A stretch of DNA of 64,000 bases from an uncultured virus (IMG/VR IMGVR_UViG_3300030117_002316) (lineage: Duplodnaviria; Heunggongvirae; Uroviricota; Caudoviricetes): IMG/VR virus record IMGVR_UViG_3300030117_002316, positions 1 through 64,000 of that record, one strand, 5' to 3'. Every line of letters starts with the position of its first letter. Positions within the stretch are counted from its first letter, which is position 1. Positions 39,237 to 51,800 of this stretch are shown one piece after another. The position numbers were made by a program, and so were the translations under genes. A model generated the notes under the pieces. It worked only from the letters and a program-made list of their open reading frames with translations, was not told where the DNA came from and searched no databases.

Positions 39237-39615
39237 TAGAATGGGGATGGGAGGCCGTCGGTTTCCGTGGATGAGACCCAGAGGTGGAGTAGCAAATCGT
39301 AGAAGAACCCCAACCCATCAAGCTTGGAAAACCAGAACAGGTGCTCGGATGGGTCCACGGAGGGCTGCTAAAATAGCTGCTCGTAGAGATGCTAAAAGAG
39401 CCACTGGCCTTGTTGCTAGAAATGCCCGTGCATTCGCTGCATCGAAGGGGCAAAGAACTGGTTCGCGAGTTATGCGGCACTTTGGTCCGAATAAAAGTGC
39501 TCCTGTAAGTACCATGAAACACTGGGGAAACAGGAAATATACAAACCCCCGTGTAAAATCAGGCATCCGCCGACCCGGTGAAACAAACTATTACTGGTTA
39601 AAGACCAGAAGATAG
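39220..39615 (+). CDS. Arg-rich basic protein
   Basis: AGGAG RBS; very high R/K content. Confidence 0.55.
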   Translation: MAYSVNRMGMGGRRFPWMRPRGGVANRRRTPTHQAWKTRTGARMGPRRAAKIAARRDAKRATGLVARNARAFAASKGQRTGSRVMRHFGPNKSAPVSTMKHWGNRKYTNPRVKSGIRRPGETNYYWLKTRR

Positions 39616-39653
39616 GGGCTCTGGATTAATTTAGTTACGTAAGGGGGAATTAA

Positions 39654-39941
39654 ATGGAGGATGTTAATCAGGTTTTTCATATGATAGAAACTTTAGGATT
39701 CCCTATTTTTATGAGCGGGTTATTGGTAGGGGTTCTATATCTAATGCTTCGTTGGATGATGAATGTTCTCTTGCACAAAATACAAGCGTTGTGGGATATG
39801 GTTGTTAAATTAATTGATAGAGTACGAGCTTTAGATAACAGTTTGGTTAGATTAGAAACTATGATACGCCTTATGAAGGAGATCGATCCAGACTGGGAAA
39901 GACTTGGTAAACTAGATCCTGAAGATAGGAGAAAAGATTAG
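39654..39941 (+). CDS. Membrane protein, holin-like candidate
   Basis: N-terminal TM (ETLGFPIF...), coiled coil, charged C-terminus. Confidence 0.55.
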   Translation: MEDVNQVFHMIETLGFPIFMSGLLVGVLYLMLRWMMNVLLHKIQALWDMVVKLIDRVRALDNSLVRLETMIRLMKEIDPDWERLGKLDPEDRRKD

Positions 39942-39942
39942 T

Positions 39943-41637
39943 ATGAATATACCCCAAGAAATGGTTGATGATTTTCGTAATCATCTATGGGCTTGTTTCA
40001 AGTACCTTGGTTTGGGGGAACCAACTGCTGCTCAATATGCAATGGCAGAAGCTCTTCAGGACGGTCCTACAGATATGCAGCTACAGGCTGGACGAGGTTT
40101 TGGTAAGTCTGTTATTACAGCCTGCCTTGCTTCATGGTTTTTACTTAAGGATCCGAATACAACTATCATGGTTGTTTCGGCTACAGGCAACAAAGCAACA
40201 GAGTTTATCTCCATGACTAGAAAAATCCTTGACTTAGTACCTTATTGTGAGCACCTCCGACCGGGAGATCACACAACAGATAATGCCTTTGCATTTAATG
40301 TCGAAGCTAGGACTAAAATAGGTCAGGATAAATCTTGCTATGCCCGAGGCATTACTTCACAGATAACTGGGTCGCACGCTGATTATGTAATAGGTGATGA
40401 TATAGAGATTGAAGGTAACTGCGAAACTGCAAATGCTAGGGATAAGCTTATGAGCAAAGTTGCAGAGTTTGAACAGATACGAAACGTTGGTGGTCGTGTT
40501 ATCTTTTTAGGTACACCACAAATTAAAGACTCTATTTACAACCAACTAAAGTCGGGTTATAAAGTAACAAAGTTTCCCGCAGTAATACCAGACAAAACTG
40601 TTGCTTCTGAATGTGAGGATGTAAATGAGTGGGTGTTACAATTAACGGGAGAGCCGGGAGAGCCTACACAACCAGAAAGATTTCCAATGGAAGTTTTAAT
40701 GGAACGTATGGCTAAGATTGGTCCTAAACTATTTGCACTTCACTATAAACTGGATACTTCCCTTGCTGACTTTGAAAAGTTCCCATTAAGATTGTCAGAT
40801 TTAATTGTCATGGATATTCATCCAGACATATGTCCCGAGAAAATTGTTTGGGCACAGTCACAACCTATGAAAGGTATTCCTTTGTTTGGATTATCTGGGG
40901 ATTTAATCTATAATCCTATGTGGATATCTGAAGAGTATACTCCTTACAAGGGTAGGGTGATGTACATAGATCCATCGGGGCGAGGTGAAGATGAAACGGC
41001 TGTCTGTATTGCCTCTTTCGCTAATGGGTATGTTTTTATTCATGAATTGATTGGATATCCCGGCGGCTATGAAAAGGGTGTGCTAAAAAAGATTGCTAGA
41101 ATGGCACGGGAATACGATGTAAACCATATAAGAGTTGAAAGTAACTTCGGTGATGCTATGTATTGCCAGCTTTTAGCTCCTGTTGTATATGATATGTGTG
41201 GTAAAGTATTGATAGAAGACTATAGAGTAAGCGGACGCAAGGAAGCAAGGATGATCGAAGCCTTGGAACCTGTAATGTCTTCGCATAGGTTAGTTTTTGA
41301 TCGTCGAGCTATATCGCAAGAACAAACTCAGAAGCAAATTACCAGATTATTTGATAAACGAGGAGCCCTGCCTCACGATGACCGTGTAGATGTACTGTCT
41401 GCCGCTGTAAGTCATTGGGAAGACCTTCTTTCTACAGATGTAGATCAAGTTATAGCCAGTAACAGGGAAGCAGAAAGACAAGAATTAGTTAAAACATGGT
41501 TACAAGACGACCGAAGGATGGGACTCTGGTCCAACATGACCTCGGGAGCTTGTGTAAATATATCAAACCACAAACCACCAGACCCGCATAAGTCAAAGTG
41601 GGGTGTAAAGAAGTCTAGCAAGAGGCATTGGGGCTGA
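39943..41637 (+). CDS. Terminase large subunit (T7 gp19-like)
   Basis: QAGRGFGKS, ITGSHADYVIGDDIE, IDPSGRGEDET, ESNFGD, HDDRVD motifs. Confidence 0.97.
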   Translation: MNIPQEMVDDFRNHLWACFKYLGLGEPTAAQYAMAEALQDGPTDMQLQAGRGFGKSVITACLASWFLLKDPNTTIMVVSATGNKATEFISMTRKILDLVPYCEHLRPGDHTTDNAFAFNVEARTKIGQDKSCYARGITSQITGSHADYVIGDDIEIEGNCETANARDKLMSKVAEFEQIRNVGGRVIFLGTPQIKDSIYNQLKSGYKVTKFPAVIPDKTVASECEDVNEWVLQLTGEPGEPTQPERFPMEVLMERMAKIGPKLFALHYKLDTSLADFEKFPLRLSDLIVMDIHPDICPEKIVWAQSQPMKGIPLFGLSGDLIYNPMWISEEYTPYKGRVMYIDPSGRGEDETAVCIASFANGYVFIHELIGYPGGYEKGVLKKIARMAREYDVNHIRVESNFGDAMYCQLLAPVVYDMCGKVLIEDYRVSGRKEARMIEALEPVMSSHRLVFDRRAISQEQTQKQITRLFDKRGALPHDDRVDVLSAAVSHWEDLLSTDVDQVIASNREAERQELVKTWLQDDRRMGLWSNMTSGACVNISNHKPPDPHKSKWGVKKSSKRHWG

Positions 41638-41734
41638 GAGGCCCTAGGATCCCTTGTAAGGGCGTTGTATTTTTAGTATAGTAGGGTACTTGTAAACCCT
41701 TAGAGTGGCTCAGACGGGCTGTAAGGAGGCTTAA

Positions 41735-42472
41735 ATGCCAGCATTATGGTTAGGTTTAGGAATGGGAGCTTTGCAGGGAGGTATGGCCTTATTTGGTGGG
41801 TCAAACGAAGCAGAAGCAAATGCAGCAGCAGCCTTTCAACAAGCCGAAGCAGCAAACCACGAAGCGTGGAAGAATAAACGACAGTGGGAGCACGGCGAAT
41901 TCTTAAGCAAAATGCAGAATCAGATCAAGAATAGAGAAACTTCTAAGGTAAATGCTCAGAGGTGGATGAAGAATCAAAAGATTGCTGAGGCAGCAAACCA
42001 AAATAGAGCCGAAGAAGAGTTCTGGATTCGTTGGAATTTCGATAACGATGCAGAACGTATCTCTAAAAAGCATCAACAGGTAAATAATGAGTTGGTAAAA
42101 TCTCTCGATAAAAGAAATATAAACATGAGAAGCGGTAACGCAAGAGCTTTACTTAGAGCGACGTTGGATACGAGTACGGATCAGATGGCTCAACGTAGGG
42201 TGTCAGCTAAGAATCAATTACGAAGTGCTGAAAGAAAACAACTTGCCGCACTCTCTCAAAGAGATTTTGGATACAATTCACATACCGTACATATCCCCGG
42301 ACTGTATCTTGCCGGTGCTCCAGTAGATGCCCAAGCTGCTTATGATAGTGCTTACTCTACTGGAATGACTAGTGCTTTAGTTAGTGGAATAAGTGGAGCT
42401 GCTCAAGGTGCGTTTCAGGGTGTACAAATGGGTCATTCATTAAAAAAAATGTATCCCGAAACATTTAAATAG
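41735..42472 (+). CDS. Putative internal virion (ejection) protein, gp14-like
   Basis: Gly/Ala hydrophobic N- and C-termini flanking a coiled coil; AAGGAGG RBS. Confidence 0.6.
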   Translation: MPALWLGLGMGALQGGMALFGGSNEAEANAAAAFQQAEAANHEAWKNKRQWEHGEFLSKMQNQIKNRETSKVNAQRWMKNQKIAEAANQNRAEEEFWIRWNFDNDAERISKKHQQVNNELVKSLDKRNINMRSGNARALLRATLDTSTDQMAQRRVSAKNQLRSAERKQLAALSQRDFGYNSHTVHIPGLYLAGAPVDAQAAYDSAYSTGMTSALVSGISGAAQGAFQGVQMGHSLKKMYPETFK

Positions 42473-42483
42473 AAAGGAGTATT

Positions 42484-43524
42484 ATGAGCTATCAACCACC
42501 AGACTTAAGTCTATTACGTGAAATTGTAGGCAGTCAAAATGCTCCTATCGAAGTTAGAGGAGACCCTAAGGATGCTGTCGGAGAGGGTGCTATTACTCTT
42601 TCTGAATTATGGTTAGAGGAAAATAAACACCTTACTCCAGTCGCAAAGTACAGTAGATGGAAAACAGAAGTAAGAGCAGGCGCAAGAGTTACTCCTAATA
42701 ATAAAGATTATATGTGGGAAACAGAAGCTAAGCTTCATCCAAAGGGAGCTAAGTTTGCTACTGAAGATAAACTAAATATAATTAGGGAAAGACTGACGGG
42801 ATTAGACGATACCCAAAAAGAAAACTACTTACAAGACATAGCTAGAGAAGCACCTCCCCCTATTCTGAATGCTTTGCTTTTAGATAAAACCATACTAAGT
42901 TCTAGGTCAGCATCTAAAACACAAGAAAGAAGTAGGTTAGCAAACATTCATTCGTTTGATAAGAAGGCTAGGGAATTAGGACAGCAGATTTTTGCTGGGA
43001 ATTCTTCGGGACTTAATCCAGAAGTATCTATTAACTCGCATGCAGAAGACTTTGTTAAGGCGTGGAGTTTTAATAGAGATGATGTTTTTGTAGATGGCGA
43101 TGGTAGAATTGCTGTAACTTCTGAAGAGGGAGAAATAGTTCCGGTATGGTCTTTGGAAGACTCCGCTCTTACTTGGGAAGAACAGGCGATAAATTACCAT
43201 GATCTTACCCCGGTTGCAAAACGAGGTCTTAAACCTATGTTAAACTATAGTCGTCAAAACGCAAGACTTATAGATCGAACAGCTACTTTAGAATTAGGTA
43301 AGAGTGTTGAGATGCAGCCAAGAGAATTTCAATCAAGTATTATTGTAGATGCTGCTTTGTTAGCCGAAGATCCTATGAACTACACCAAGGAGGCAGTCTA
43401 CAAAACAGTCAATGCTAGTATTGAGAGAGGTGAGAAAAGATCTTTGCGAGATGTCACTAGAGACTTTACTTCTAGATGGGAAGATATAAGAAAAACAACT
43501 GCCGACCGAGCCGGAGGCAATTGA
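42484..43524 (+). CDS. Putative internal virion protein
   Basis: ORF with RBS in ejection-protein cluster. Confidence 0.5.
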   Translation: MSYQPPDLSLLREIVGSQNAPIEVRGDPKDAVGEGAITLSELWLEENKHLTPVAKYSRWKTEVRAGARVTPNNKDYMWETEAKLHPKGAKFATEDKLNIIRERLTGLDDTQKENYLQDIAREAPPPILNALLLDKTILSSRSASKTQERSRLANIHSFDKKARELGQQIFAGNSSGLNPEVSINSHAEDFVKAWSFNRDDVFVDGDGRIAVTSEEGEIVPVWSLEDSALTWEEQAINYHDLTPVAKRGLKPMLNYSRQNARLIDRTATLELGKSVEMQPREFQSSIIVDAALLAEDPMNYTKEAVYKTVNASIERGEKRSLRDVTRDFTSRWEDIRKTTADRAGGN

Positions 43525-43547
43525 TGTTAAATAAAAGGAGCCTATGA

Positions 43548-44189
43548 ATGTCCAGTGGAATGAGTTTCCCTACAAACATATCGGTTAATACCCCTAACAC
43601 CATGATCCAAGAAGGTGGGATTTCTGCTGGGGCTATGTCGATACAGAGTTTAAATACTACAGCCATAATGCAGATGTATGAGAATACTGCTGATATGTGG
43701 AGAAACATTACCCGCTTTGGTCAGGAGATGCTTGATCTTTCCCATAAATGGGTTATGTGGGAGTATAAAATGCATAGGCAAGAAGAAGAAGATAAACTTC
43801 GCGGATTAGGTAATTGGGCCTCGCAACCGGGTTCTAGAGAAAAGTTAGTAGAAGAGGTTATAGAAGAAGCTGATAAAAGGCTAAGGGCCTCAGGAAGACA
43901 AGAACCACCAGTAGACGATGGTACTGAAATAAGTAGTCACCAATCTAGAGAAGATGATTCATCAGAGGGCTCATGGTCTATAGATAAGGGAGGCATATGG
44001 CGTTCAGATAAAAATCTGTGGAAAGATGGTGTAAGAAACCCGAACGCAGATTATCGAGGCGGGGCAACAAGTCCTAAACCTGATTGGGTAAAAACCGAAG
44101 AGGTTATGGAAGAACATCAGGAGTATGACGTAGATCCCGATCTTGAGCGGCACGACTACGATATGGAAATGCAGATAGGAGGTAGGTGA
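43548..44189 (+). CDS. Putative internal virion protein
   Basis: AAGGAG RBS; ORF in ejection-protein cluster. Confidence 0.5.
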   Translation: MSSGMSFPTNISVNTPNTMIQEGGISAGAMSIQSLNTTAIMQMYENTADMWRNITRFGQEMLDLSHKWVMWEYKMHRQEEEDKLRGLGNWASQPGSREKLVEEVIEEADKRLRASGRQEPPVDDGTEISSHQSREDDSSEGSWSIDKGGIWRSDKNLWKDGVRNPNADYRGGATSPKPDWVKTEEVMEEHQEYDVDPDLERHDYDMEMQIGGR

Positions 44190-47100
44190 TGACTAGTAAT
44201 TCTGATTTCTGGGAAATAGCTGAAAGAGTTTCTCAACCTGCTATCGATCAAAGACTACAAGAAGGGATGAGTGGGATTGCTAAAAACTCAGAGCTTCTTA
44301 AAAGAGTAAAAGAAAGCGAAACAGTACAGGCAATTGATCAGAGTATAAAAGACGCTGGTTCTGCTGTAGTAGGAGCATTTGAGACAGGTCTTCCAGATCC
44401 TGAAATAGATTATACCTTAGATATAAAAACAAAGATGAGTAAAATTGTTGATAGACCCGGAGGTATTTTATGGAGGGCCAAGCAAAATCGATTACAAAGA
44501 GAGGCAGAAGCTAAGAAACAAGCCCAAGAACAAGACCGACAAGAGGAGCTTACTCAATCTACCTTGATGGGTAGGGAAGGTAAAAAGCTAGCACAAGAAA
44601 GAGAAAAACAAGAGCCACTAAATAAAAAAATAGCAGAGTATCAAAGGATCGTAGAGAACTCTATATCTCCTCACCGTAGAGAATGGGCAAGAGGGAAAAT
44701 AGAAGAACTAACTTCAGAGGTCAAAGGTTTTGTTGGGCCTCCTCAGACTATTGTGCTTAGTGCAGACCTAGATCCTGATAAACAAAACTATCAGGCAGGA
44801 TTTCCAGACCATTGGAGAGAAGAAGGGCTATTAGGCCTTGTAACAAATCCAAGCATGTGGGATGTTATAGGTGAATCCTATGATAAGTTTATGGTGTGGG
44901 CTAGCAATAAAAAGGCAGCCGTAGAAACAAAGGCAGGAGAAGCTGCTTTCAATGAACTTGTTTCTAGAGTAGGCGAAATAGGGAAACAGTTTAAGGGAAT
45001 GTTTGAATTCAATATCGAGAGTCCCTCCTTTTTAGAAGCTGTAGCAGAATCTTTCCCTGCACCTGTAGTCGATCTTGTTTCTGTAATTATGGAGCGCGGT
45101 CCTGAAAATCCAGAAGAAGAAGACCTTATGAATCTTATTATGAATTGGGGTCAGATAGAGCATGACGGCGTTAGTCCAGAACTTATGGAAAATACCAGAA
45201 GAGAAGCACAGATTAGAACACAGAATGTATCTCGTTCTAATGCACGAAGAAAGATTGACGAATGGAAGGGATCTTTCCAGACCAGAACCATCCTGAATGA
45301 AGATGGGAGTATAGACAGAAGAGCACTTAGAAATGCGTCTATGGATTTACTGAAAGGTTTTGTAGATGTTTTACAGGAAGATCAGCTTGAAGATGGATTT
45401 GCCCCACTTTTGGAGTGGGCTTTTAGTAATACCGAAGAATGGGTAAACCAATATGGAAGAGCTTTGGCAAACATAGATCCGGAATTAGCTGAAAATGCGA
45501 TAGTAGAAATAATAGCAAGACAGTTTGCTGAAAGTGTTGAAGGATCCTTCAATGAGCAAGTTGAACGCAGGAATGGATTAATCAGCGCAGAAGCACAACC
45601 GGCTCCTGATATTTACAGAGTAATGGAAACGATGTTTAATGAAATCTATGGGGGGACTTACGAAGGAGAGTTAGTACAAACTCCATTCGATGATACAACT
45701 ATACCCTATAAACCAAATGGATGGGAATTGTTATCCGAAGAGGCTCAATCTTCTATTACAGCTCAAGTTATAAGAGAGAAGGCCCCACAGCCAGCTCTCC
45801 CTATGTGGGGATTAAAGGGTCTACAGGCTAGAGATCTTCAAAGGGAAGGGTTAGATAAGTTATTAGATGCTTATGACAGACGAAGACAAATAGCTGGAAC
45901 AGGTGTGGAAAGAATAACGAATGAGTACTTCCTAACAGACCAAACTAAAAATGTAGTTGATCAAGCTTTGGCTGAACTAAAGTCAGGAGAGCTTTCTCCA
46001 GAAACGGATTATCAATACATAGCATTAGTATTAAATAAAATGGGGTTAGCAAATATAGATACTACCGTTCCTTTTGGTGCAGGAGATGTGGAAGGATATA
46101 TTACCGCCCTCACTAAGGCACAAAGCGTTCTTGATAAAGAGTTTAGTATACTGGAAGATACCTACTATAATTTAGTCGACCCTAGATTTATGTACAATAA
46201 ATTAATGATGGATGCTATGGGTGACAAGTTAAGAATGAAGTTTAATAATATTGAAGAGGTTAATGCTTTAGTCTACGATGTTATAAAAAACCCAGATAAC
46301 TATGATCGAGGTTCGAGAATGGGGATCCTTACAACTTATAACCTAGCCAATAATCTTTTTTCAGATCTCGAAACAGAAGAGGAAGAAGACACGAAATGGA
46401 GAATAGAATTAGGGGACTTAAGAACCAGTGCTTTAGGTACTAAGGGTAACTTAACAAAACTAGGTAGGACTCCAATGGGTGTTTTGTTTGATTCAAGTGC
46501 TGAGTTAAGAAGAGCGGTAATGGATGACGAACATCCGGTAGCTGTACAAATGCAAGAAGAAGCGTTTATGTATTTTGAAGAAAAGTTTGCTGAAAATTAC
46601 GCAGGCATAATGGAAGCAACCGATCCCGAGTGGACTCCTGAGAAAAACGGGATGCCTACTTTCAGGCAGGTATTAGGTCCAAATTTTGTTATTGGAGGTA
46701 CTGTAAACTGGCAGGGAATGCCTCAACATACAAGAGCTGCATTAGCTTCTACTTTTATAAAATCACACGTAGATACAAGTCCAGATAAAATGTCTTCTGC
46801 TCTTAAGGGATTGCAAGCTCATATGATAAAAAACATAGGCAGGGTACAAAGCGGAGACGAGTTAGTAAACATGCCAAAAGAAGACCAAGTAGAAGCTTTT
46901 GCTACGTTTAATATGGCACATTGGTTACTGCAAGATACAAAACGATTTGGTTTAAATACTAAATCTAGAGCACTTATTAAAGAACTTCTCGTAGGAGAAG
47001 GACCAAACAAGCACCAAAAATTCTTAGCTATGAAAGCTTGGTCTACTGTTGCAAGTAAGTTAGCTGGTCCAGATACATTAGTAGAACTTATAGATGTCGG

Positions 47101-48831
47101 TGCATTAATGGCAGCAGAAGATCCTGCTGAAATGCAGCTTATACTAAACGATAGATTAAACCTTCCAAAAAGAACTGCAAATATTTTATATAATTATATC
47201 GGCAAAACTTACACTGCTCCAGAGGAGACCGCAAATCTTGCATCAGGCGCGAATTCTTTCTATAACGTAAATAGAAAAACTTTAGACATCACGAAATGGG
47301 ATGATGAATTAAAAAGATGTAATCTTGCAATTCCTTCGGAAGATGATGATAATGCAGAAGAAGATATTAGAAATATGTATTATGAGTTAAAGGCTATATG
47401 TAGACTTCCTGAAGACGTTGCTAAGGAGATTGAAGAAACCACTTGGATGTGGATAAGTGTTGACCCCGGATATAATGAATATAAAGAGGGGATTAGGAAA
47501 ATCATCTATCAGCAAACAGAAAATGCAGCAACTCGTAGATTACTAGGAACCCTTAACTCTGCTTGGGTTACTTCAATGCCGCCAAGTATGAAATTAAGTC
47601 CTGTTGAGTTATTTGAGTTAGCTGATGTGCATACTACCAATGAGGGATATGTCCCAACAAACAAAGGACATTACATTACAGCTGGAAGAAACGGAGACCA
47701 AGACGGCTTAATTGACGCAATGGAGAGGTCTGATACTATTCCGCGTCCCGCTACTATTACTCCAAAACAGTGGGAAGATACAGACCCCTCAGAAAGACTA
47801 ACCATGTCTTTTAATAATTTTGCAGGAAATACAGATCCTACCAAAAGACCAATACATTGGGAAAAGTCTTTAGGTCAGGCGAATGAAGCAATGTGGAGAG
47901 CGACTTTTCCTGATGAAGAGTATACTTACTCAGAAGCTAGGAATTCAGAATTTGCATCTATCCGAAATAAAGCAATTGCTTTTGAAAAGAATGTAGCAAA
48001 AGACAGCGGGTATACGATAATGGATAATTCGTGGATGAAATCCCCTCAAGTAAGGGCTACTTTAAAAACTAATTTTAATCCCACTCAGTTAAAGCATATT
48101 CAAGCGGCNNNNNNNNNNCTTTAATAGAAGCTTCTCCTAGAGGAACAACCGAAGCAGAAGTTCAAGTTATATTCGACGAACTTATAGATGGGGTAATAAG
48201 AGACTACTCCAGTGGAGAGACAAGTGCGGCCCAGCTTAGATTGGCAAGAAGAGATAGATTAAGTTTAGAAGGAAGTATTAAAGCATACAAGCCTACTTTA
48301 CTTGATCTTCATTGTGAAGTATATGCTAGACTACATGAAAGAATCTTAGAACTACGTCCGGGCTCACGAGGAATCATAGCAAACGCTACTAGTCTGGGGG
48401 GAGAAGTACTGGAAGGAACAAAGATTAGAAAATATCGTACTGCTAAAATAGATTTTAGACAAGTAAACATGGGTGATCCGTCTATCATGTCCCCAGATAC
48501 GGAAATGAGTATAGTACTTACTTCAACAAGTGCAGATAAAGGAGTACCTAATGCAAGTTTAGAGCTTGCATGGGTATTGCCTTATCAGTTATTTGGACTA
48601 AGAGATGATAAGGGCAGAATGTATAGAGGATTAGGAGACGCAGGTCCAGCAAGCAGTAAATACCCAATTTCTGATCACGGAGACGGCCTTACTAGAACAG
48701 GTGTCGGTCAATACAATAAGCCTGAGGCAGCATTAGCATCACCTATTGTACCTATGGGAGATCCTCAATTAACTTATCCGGGGGATCAAATGGGTAGAAC
48801 CCCAGAACAACGTACAGTACCTCAACATTAA
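44186..48831 (+). CDS. Large putative internal virion protein, interrupted by an assembly gap (N at 48109-48118)
   Basis: Frame open up to the gap, and the frame of the 48241-48831 ORF is open from 48121, so likely one gene of about 1500 aa or more. Confidence 0.7.
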
Positions 48832-48852
48832 TTCTTAAAGGAGACACTTTAG

Positions 48853-51800
48853 ATGAGTGACAACACTTGGGCTTATACGCCCATTCCGCTGACTACAGGA
48901 AGTATAGTAGAAGAGGAAATGTTAAGAGAGCGAAGAGATAAAGCTCTTCGGACAGTAGAAAAAATCCCCTTCTATAAAGATACACCTGATTATGCAGCAG
49001 CATTTGAATCTCCCCTTATCTTCCAAGATATAGATTCAGGAGAAATTGTCAGGGGCATGATGCATACAGCAGAAGCTTCTAGGCAACAAATGAAAACTGA
49101 ACTCACTAGAGGTTTTACTTCCAGAGATAAGGGTTTCCAGCAAATGGTTTCCCAGCAAGCAGTAGGTGGTAGAGACTTAGAAAAATATGAAAACACTATT
49201 TTGGATTTAACCGACGCACAAGAAGAAATCTTAACGTCAGGTGCTGAAGGTCCGCAATGGAATCTTGAGTTTTGGAATTATTCGGTAGATGATATTCCAA
49301 TTTATGATTTAGCTGTAGGTGGACCAGAAGATATACTAAACGATGAGCCACCAGAGGGATGGAGTGTAGACTCAGCTATAGAAGTCTTTAAGGAATCAGA
49401 TCCGGAATTATACAATATTATGTCTCTATCTTTAGGTGGAGATTCTGGTATTGCTGAAATTGTTAAGGATGCTAGAAACCCTATGGAGTTCTTTGTTAAG
49501 CTTCAGCAAAGACAACAGCTCCTTGCTATTACTGAAAGTCAACAAGAGTTTGATAGAAGAAGCGGATGGTTCGGAAGACAATACGAATGGGGTAAAAACT
49601 TTATTGTAAATGGTATTTTAGATGATCCAGATATGGCAGGATCTATCGCTCTTTCTCTAGGTTTATTAGTTACAACAGGTGGTATTGGAACAGTAGGAGC
49701 TATAGCTGCTAAGGTAGGACAGACAGCCTTGAGAGGATATAAGTTCGCAAAGGCAGGCAGAGCTGCCAGAGTAGCGGGTAGAGCTTTAGCAACTAGTGCA
49801 AAATACGGACGACAGGCCCAACATTGGATGCCAGAAAACTTAGGACCAACTTTAGTTAAGAGCGTCTTATTTAAGAATAGGTATCAAAGCTGGAGCGGAT
49901 TAAAAAGATTTTCTGTAAATAGACTAGCTGACTCGGCTGAAGGTACAATTAGTGGTGGTATTGCAGAGTTCTTTAACCAGAATAGAATGAAGGGACTTGG
50001 GATTACTGATGATATCAGTTACACCTCAGTCTTAGCAGAAGCAGCAGTAGAAGCTATGGTGTCTCCTATGATTAACCCCGGTATGGGCCAAGCTATGAAA
50101 TTAGTTGGAGCCGTCTCTGCTGTACCCGGAACACTGGGAGCGATGGCTTGGGAAGGAACTATAGGAAAAACTGAACTAGGAGAATTCTTAGGAACTCTTG
50201 GAGAGAAAACTATAAGTATGTGGAATCCTGATTCTGTTATTACTTCTATGGATGCCTACGATAAGAAAGAAGAAATCTTTGCATCTATGAATTCACTATT
50301 AGTAGAAGGTGAATCTGTAGGAAAGTCTTTAGATGAAAATGAATTATTAGCAGGTCTTTTAGAGACCCTCAAAGTAACTACAGAACTAGATGATCTTACT
50401 TTTCTTGATAAGATAAACGGTGCTTTAGGAGAGCTAATCCTAGCTAGAGATAATGCAACGGGTACTCAAAAGAAAATGACTGGTCTTGAACTCGCTATTG
50501 GGTTAGCTAATCAGTTGGCTACTAAAGATCAAGACATCAAGGCAGCTATGCAGGGAGATAACTATACTGAGTTTATGTCGGTCTTAGGAACCCAAGTAAC
50601 TATAGCACAGAATGCTAGAAGAGAAAACAAAACTATAGATGAGTATTTAGATGATGTGAATGAAAAAGGAAACTATTTCGATCTTCTTCCCGATGTTCTA
50701 AAGGAACGGGTTTATAAAGAAAACGGCGGCAAAGCGGTAGTAGATAAACTTACTGATAAAGCAAAGAGAGAAAAGGCAGCCGAGATACAGCTTGAGATTG
50801 TGAAGAAAACTAGAGAAGTTCACAACAATTTCCAAGATAGAACAGACGAACAGACAAATAAAATTGAAAAGATTGAAAGCGACGCTAAGAAAGTTGCTAG
50901 GAAGCATAAGGTAAACCCTCCTGTTATTACCGTTGTTGAAGAGAAAACAGATACAGACTTAACAGATACAGACTTAGCTGATACAGAAGAAGAAGCCATA
51001 GTAGAAAAAGAACCTTCTTCTGGAATGATGCAGCACCAAGAAAACATGGACAAAATTAAAAAGGGTAGAGCAGAGTTAAGAAGGGTAAAAGAAGAACTTA
51101 AGAAGAAACATGATAATGCTTCCGATGCTGACGCGAAAGAAGCTCTTGAAACAGACATTAAAGAAATTGATAACCTTTTGTCAGAAATGGCCGAACTAAG
51201 TAGGAAAGCTACTGAATCAATGAATGTTTATTTAAGAGAATCGGGGCAGGACAAGAAGCTGATTGAATTAGGTAGGACTCTTTCTACAATTGTAGCAGAT
51301 GTTAAAAAGTTTGAAACAGATAAAGTTAAGCCTTGGGAACAAAAAATGCATAAATTCGCTAAACCAAGGCTGGGGATACAGCAAATACAAATTAGGTTTA
51401 TGCGTGAAAACTTTAAAGAAGAATATCCAGATGGTCTTCGCTATTCAGATTTAAACTCGGATGAACAAGCAGCTATAAATGATGCTATAGAAGTTCTTGA
51501 GGGTAGGGGAAGTAAGTATTTAGAAAGAGTTAGGGACGGCGAGAAGATAAGCATTAAACAATTGAAGCAAGTTGTCGAAAGAATTGGCAATAGAATGAAA
51601 AAAATCCACGATGATTTTGAAAAATCCTCAGAAGGACGAGAGTGGGCTGATCATGTAGAAAAACAGAATAGAGCATTAGCAGATTACCAAGTTGCTTTCG
51701 CACAATACCAACAAGAGAACATGGTTAGTGAAGTTATCCGCATGGCGCAAGTCAGGGGCATTGCTGAAACACAAAAACTTAGAAGAGCAAAAGAAGCTCA

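Noticed and set aside
48109..48124. Apparent stop/frameshift splitting 44186-48124 from 48241-48831
   Set aside because: Coincides with a 10-N scaffold gap and both flanks are open, so this is an assembly artefact rather than recoding or a pseudogene
50947..50986. 15-bp tandem repeat ACAGATACAGACTTA (TDTDL) in the giant gene
   Set aside because: In-frame low-complexity linker duplication; not CRISPR or regulatory
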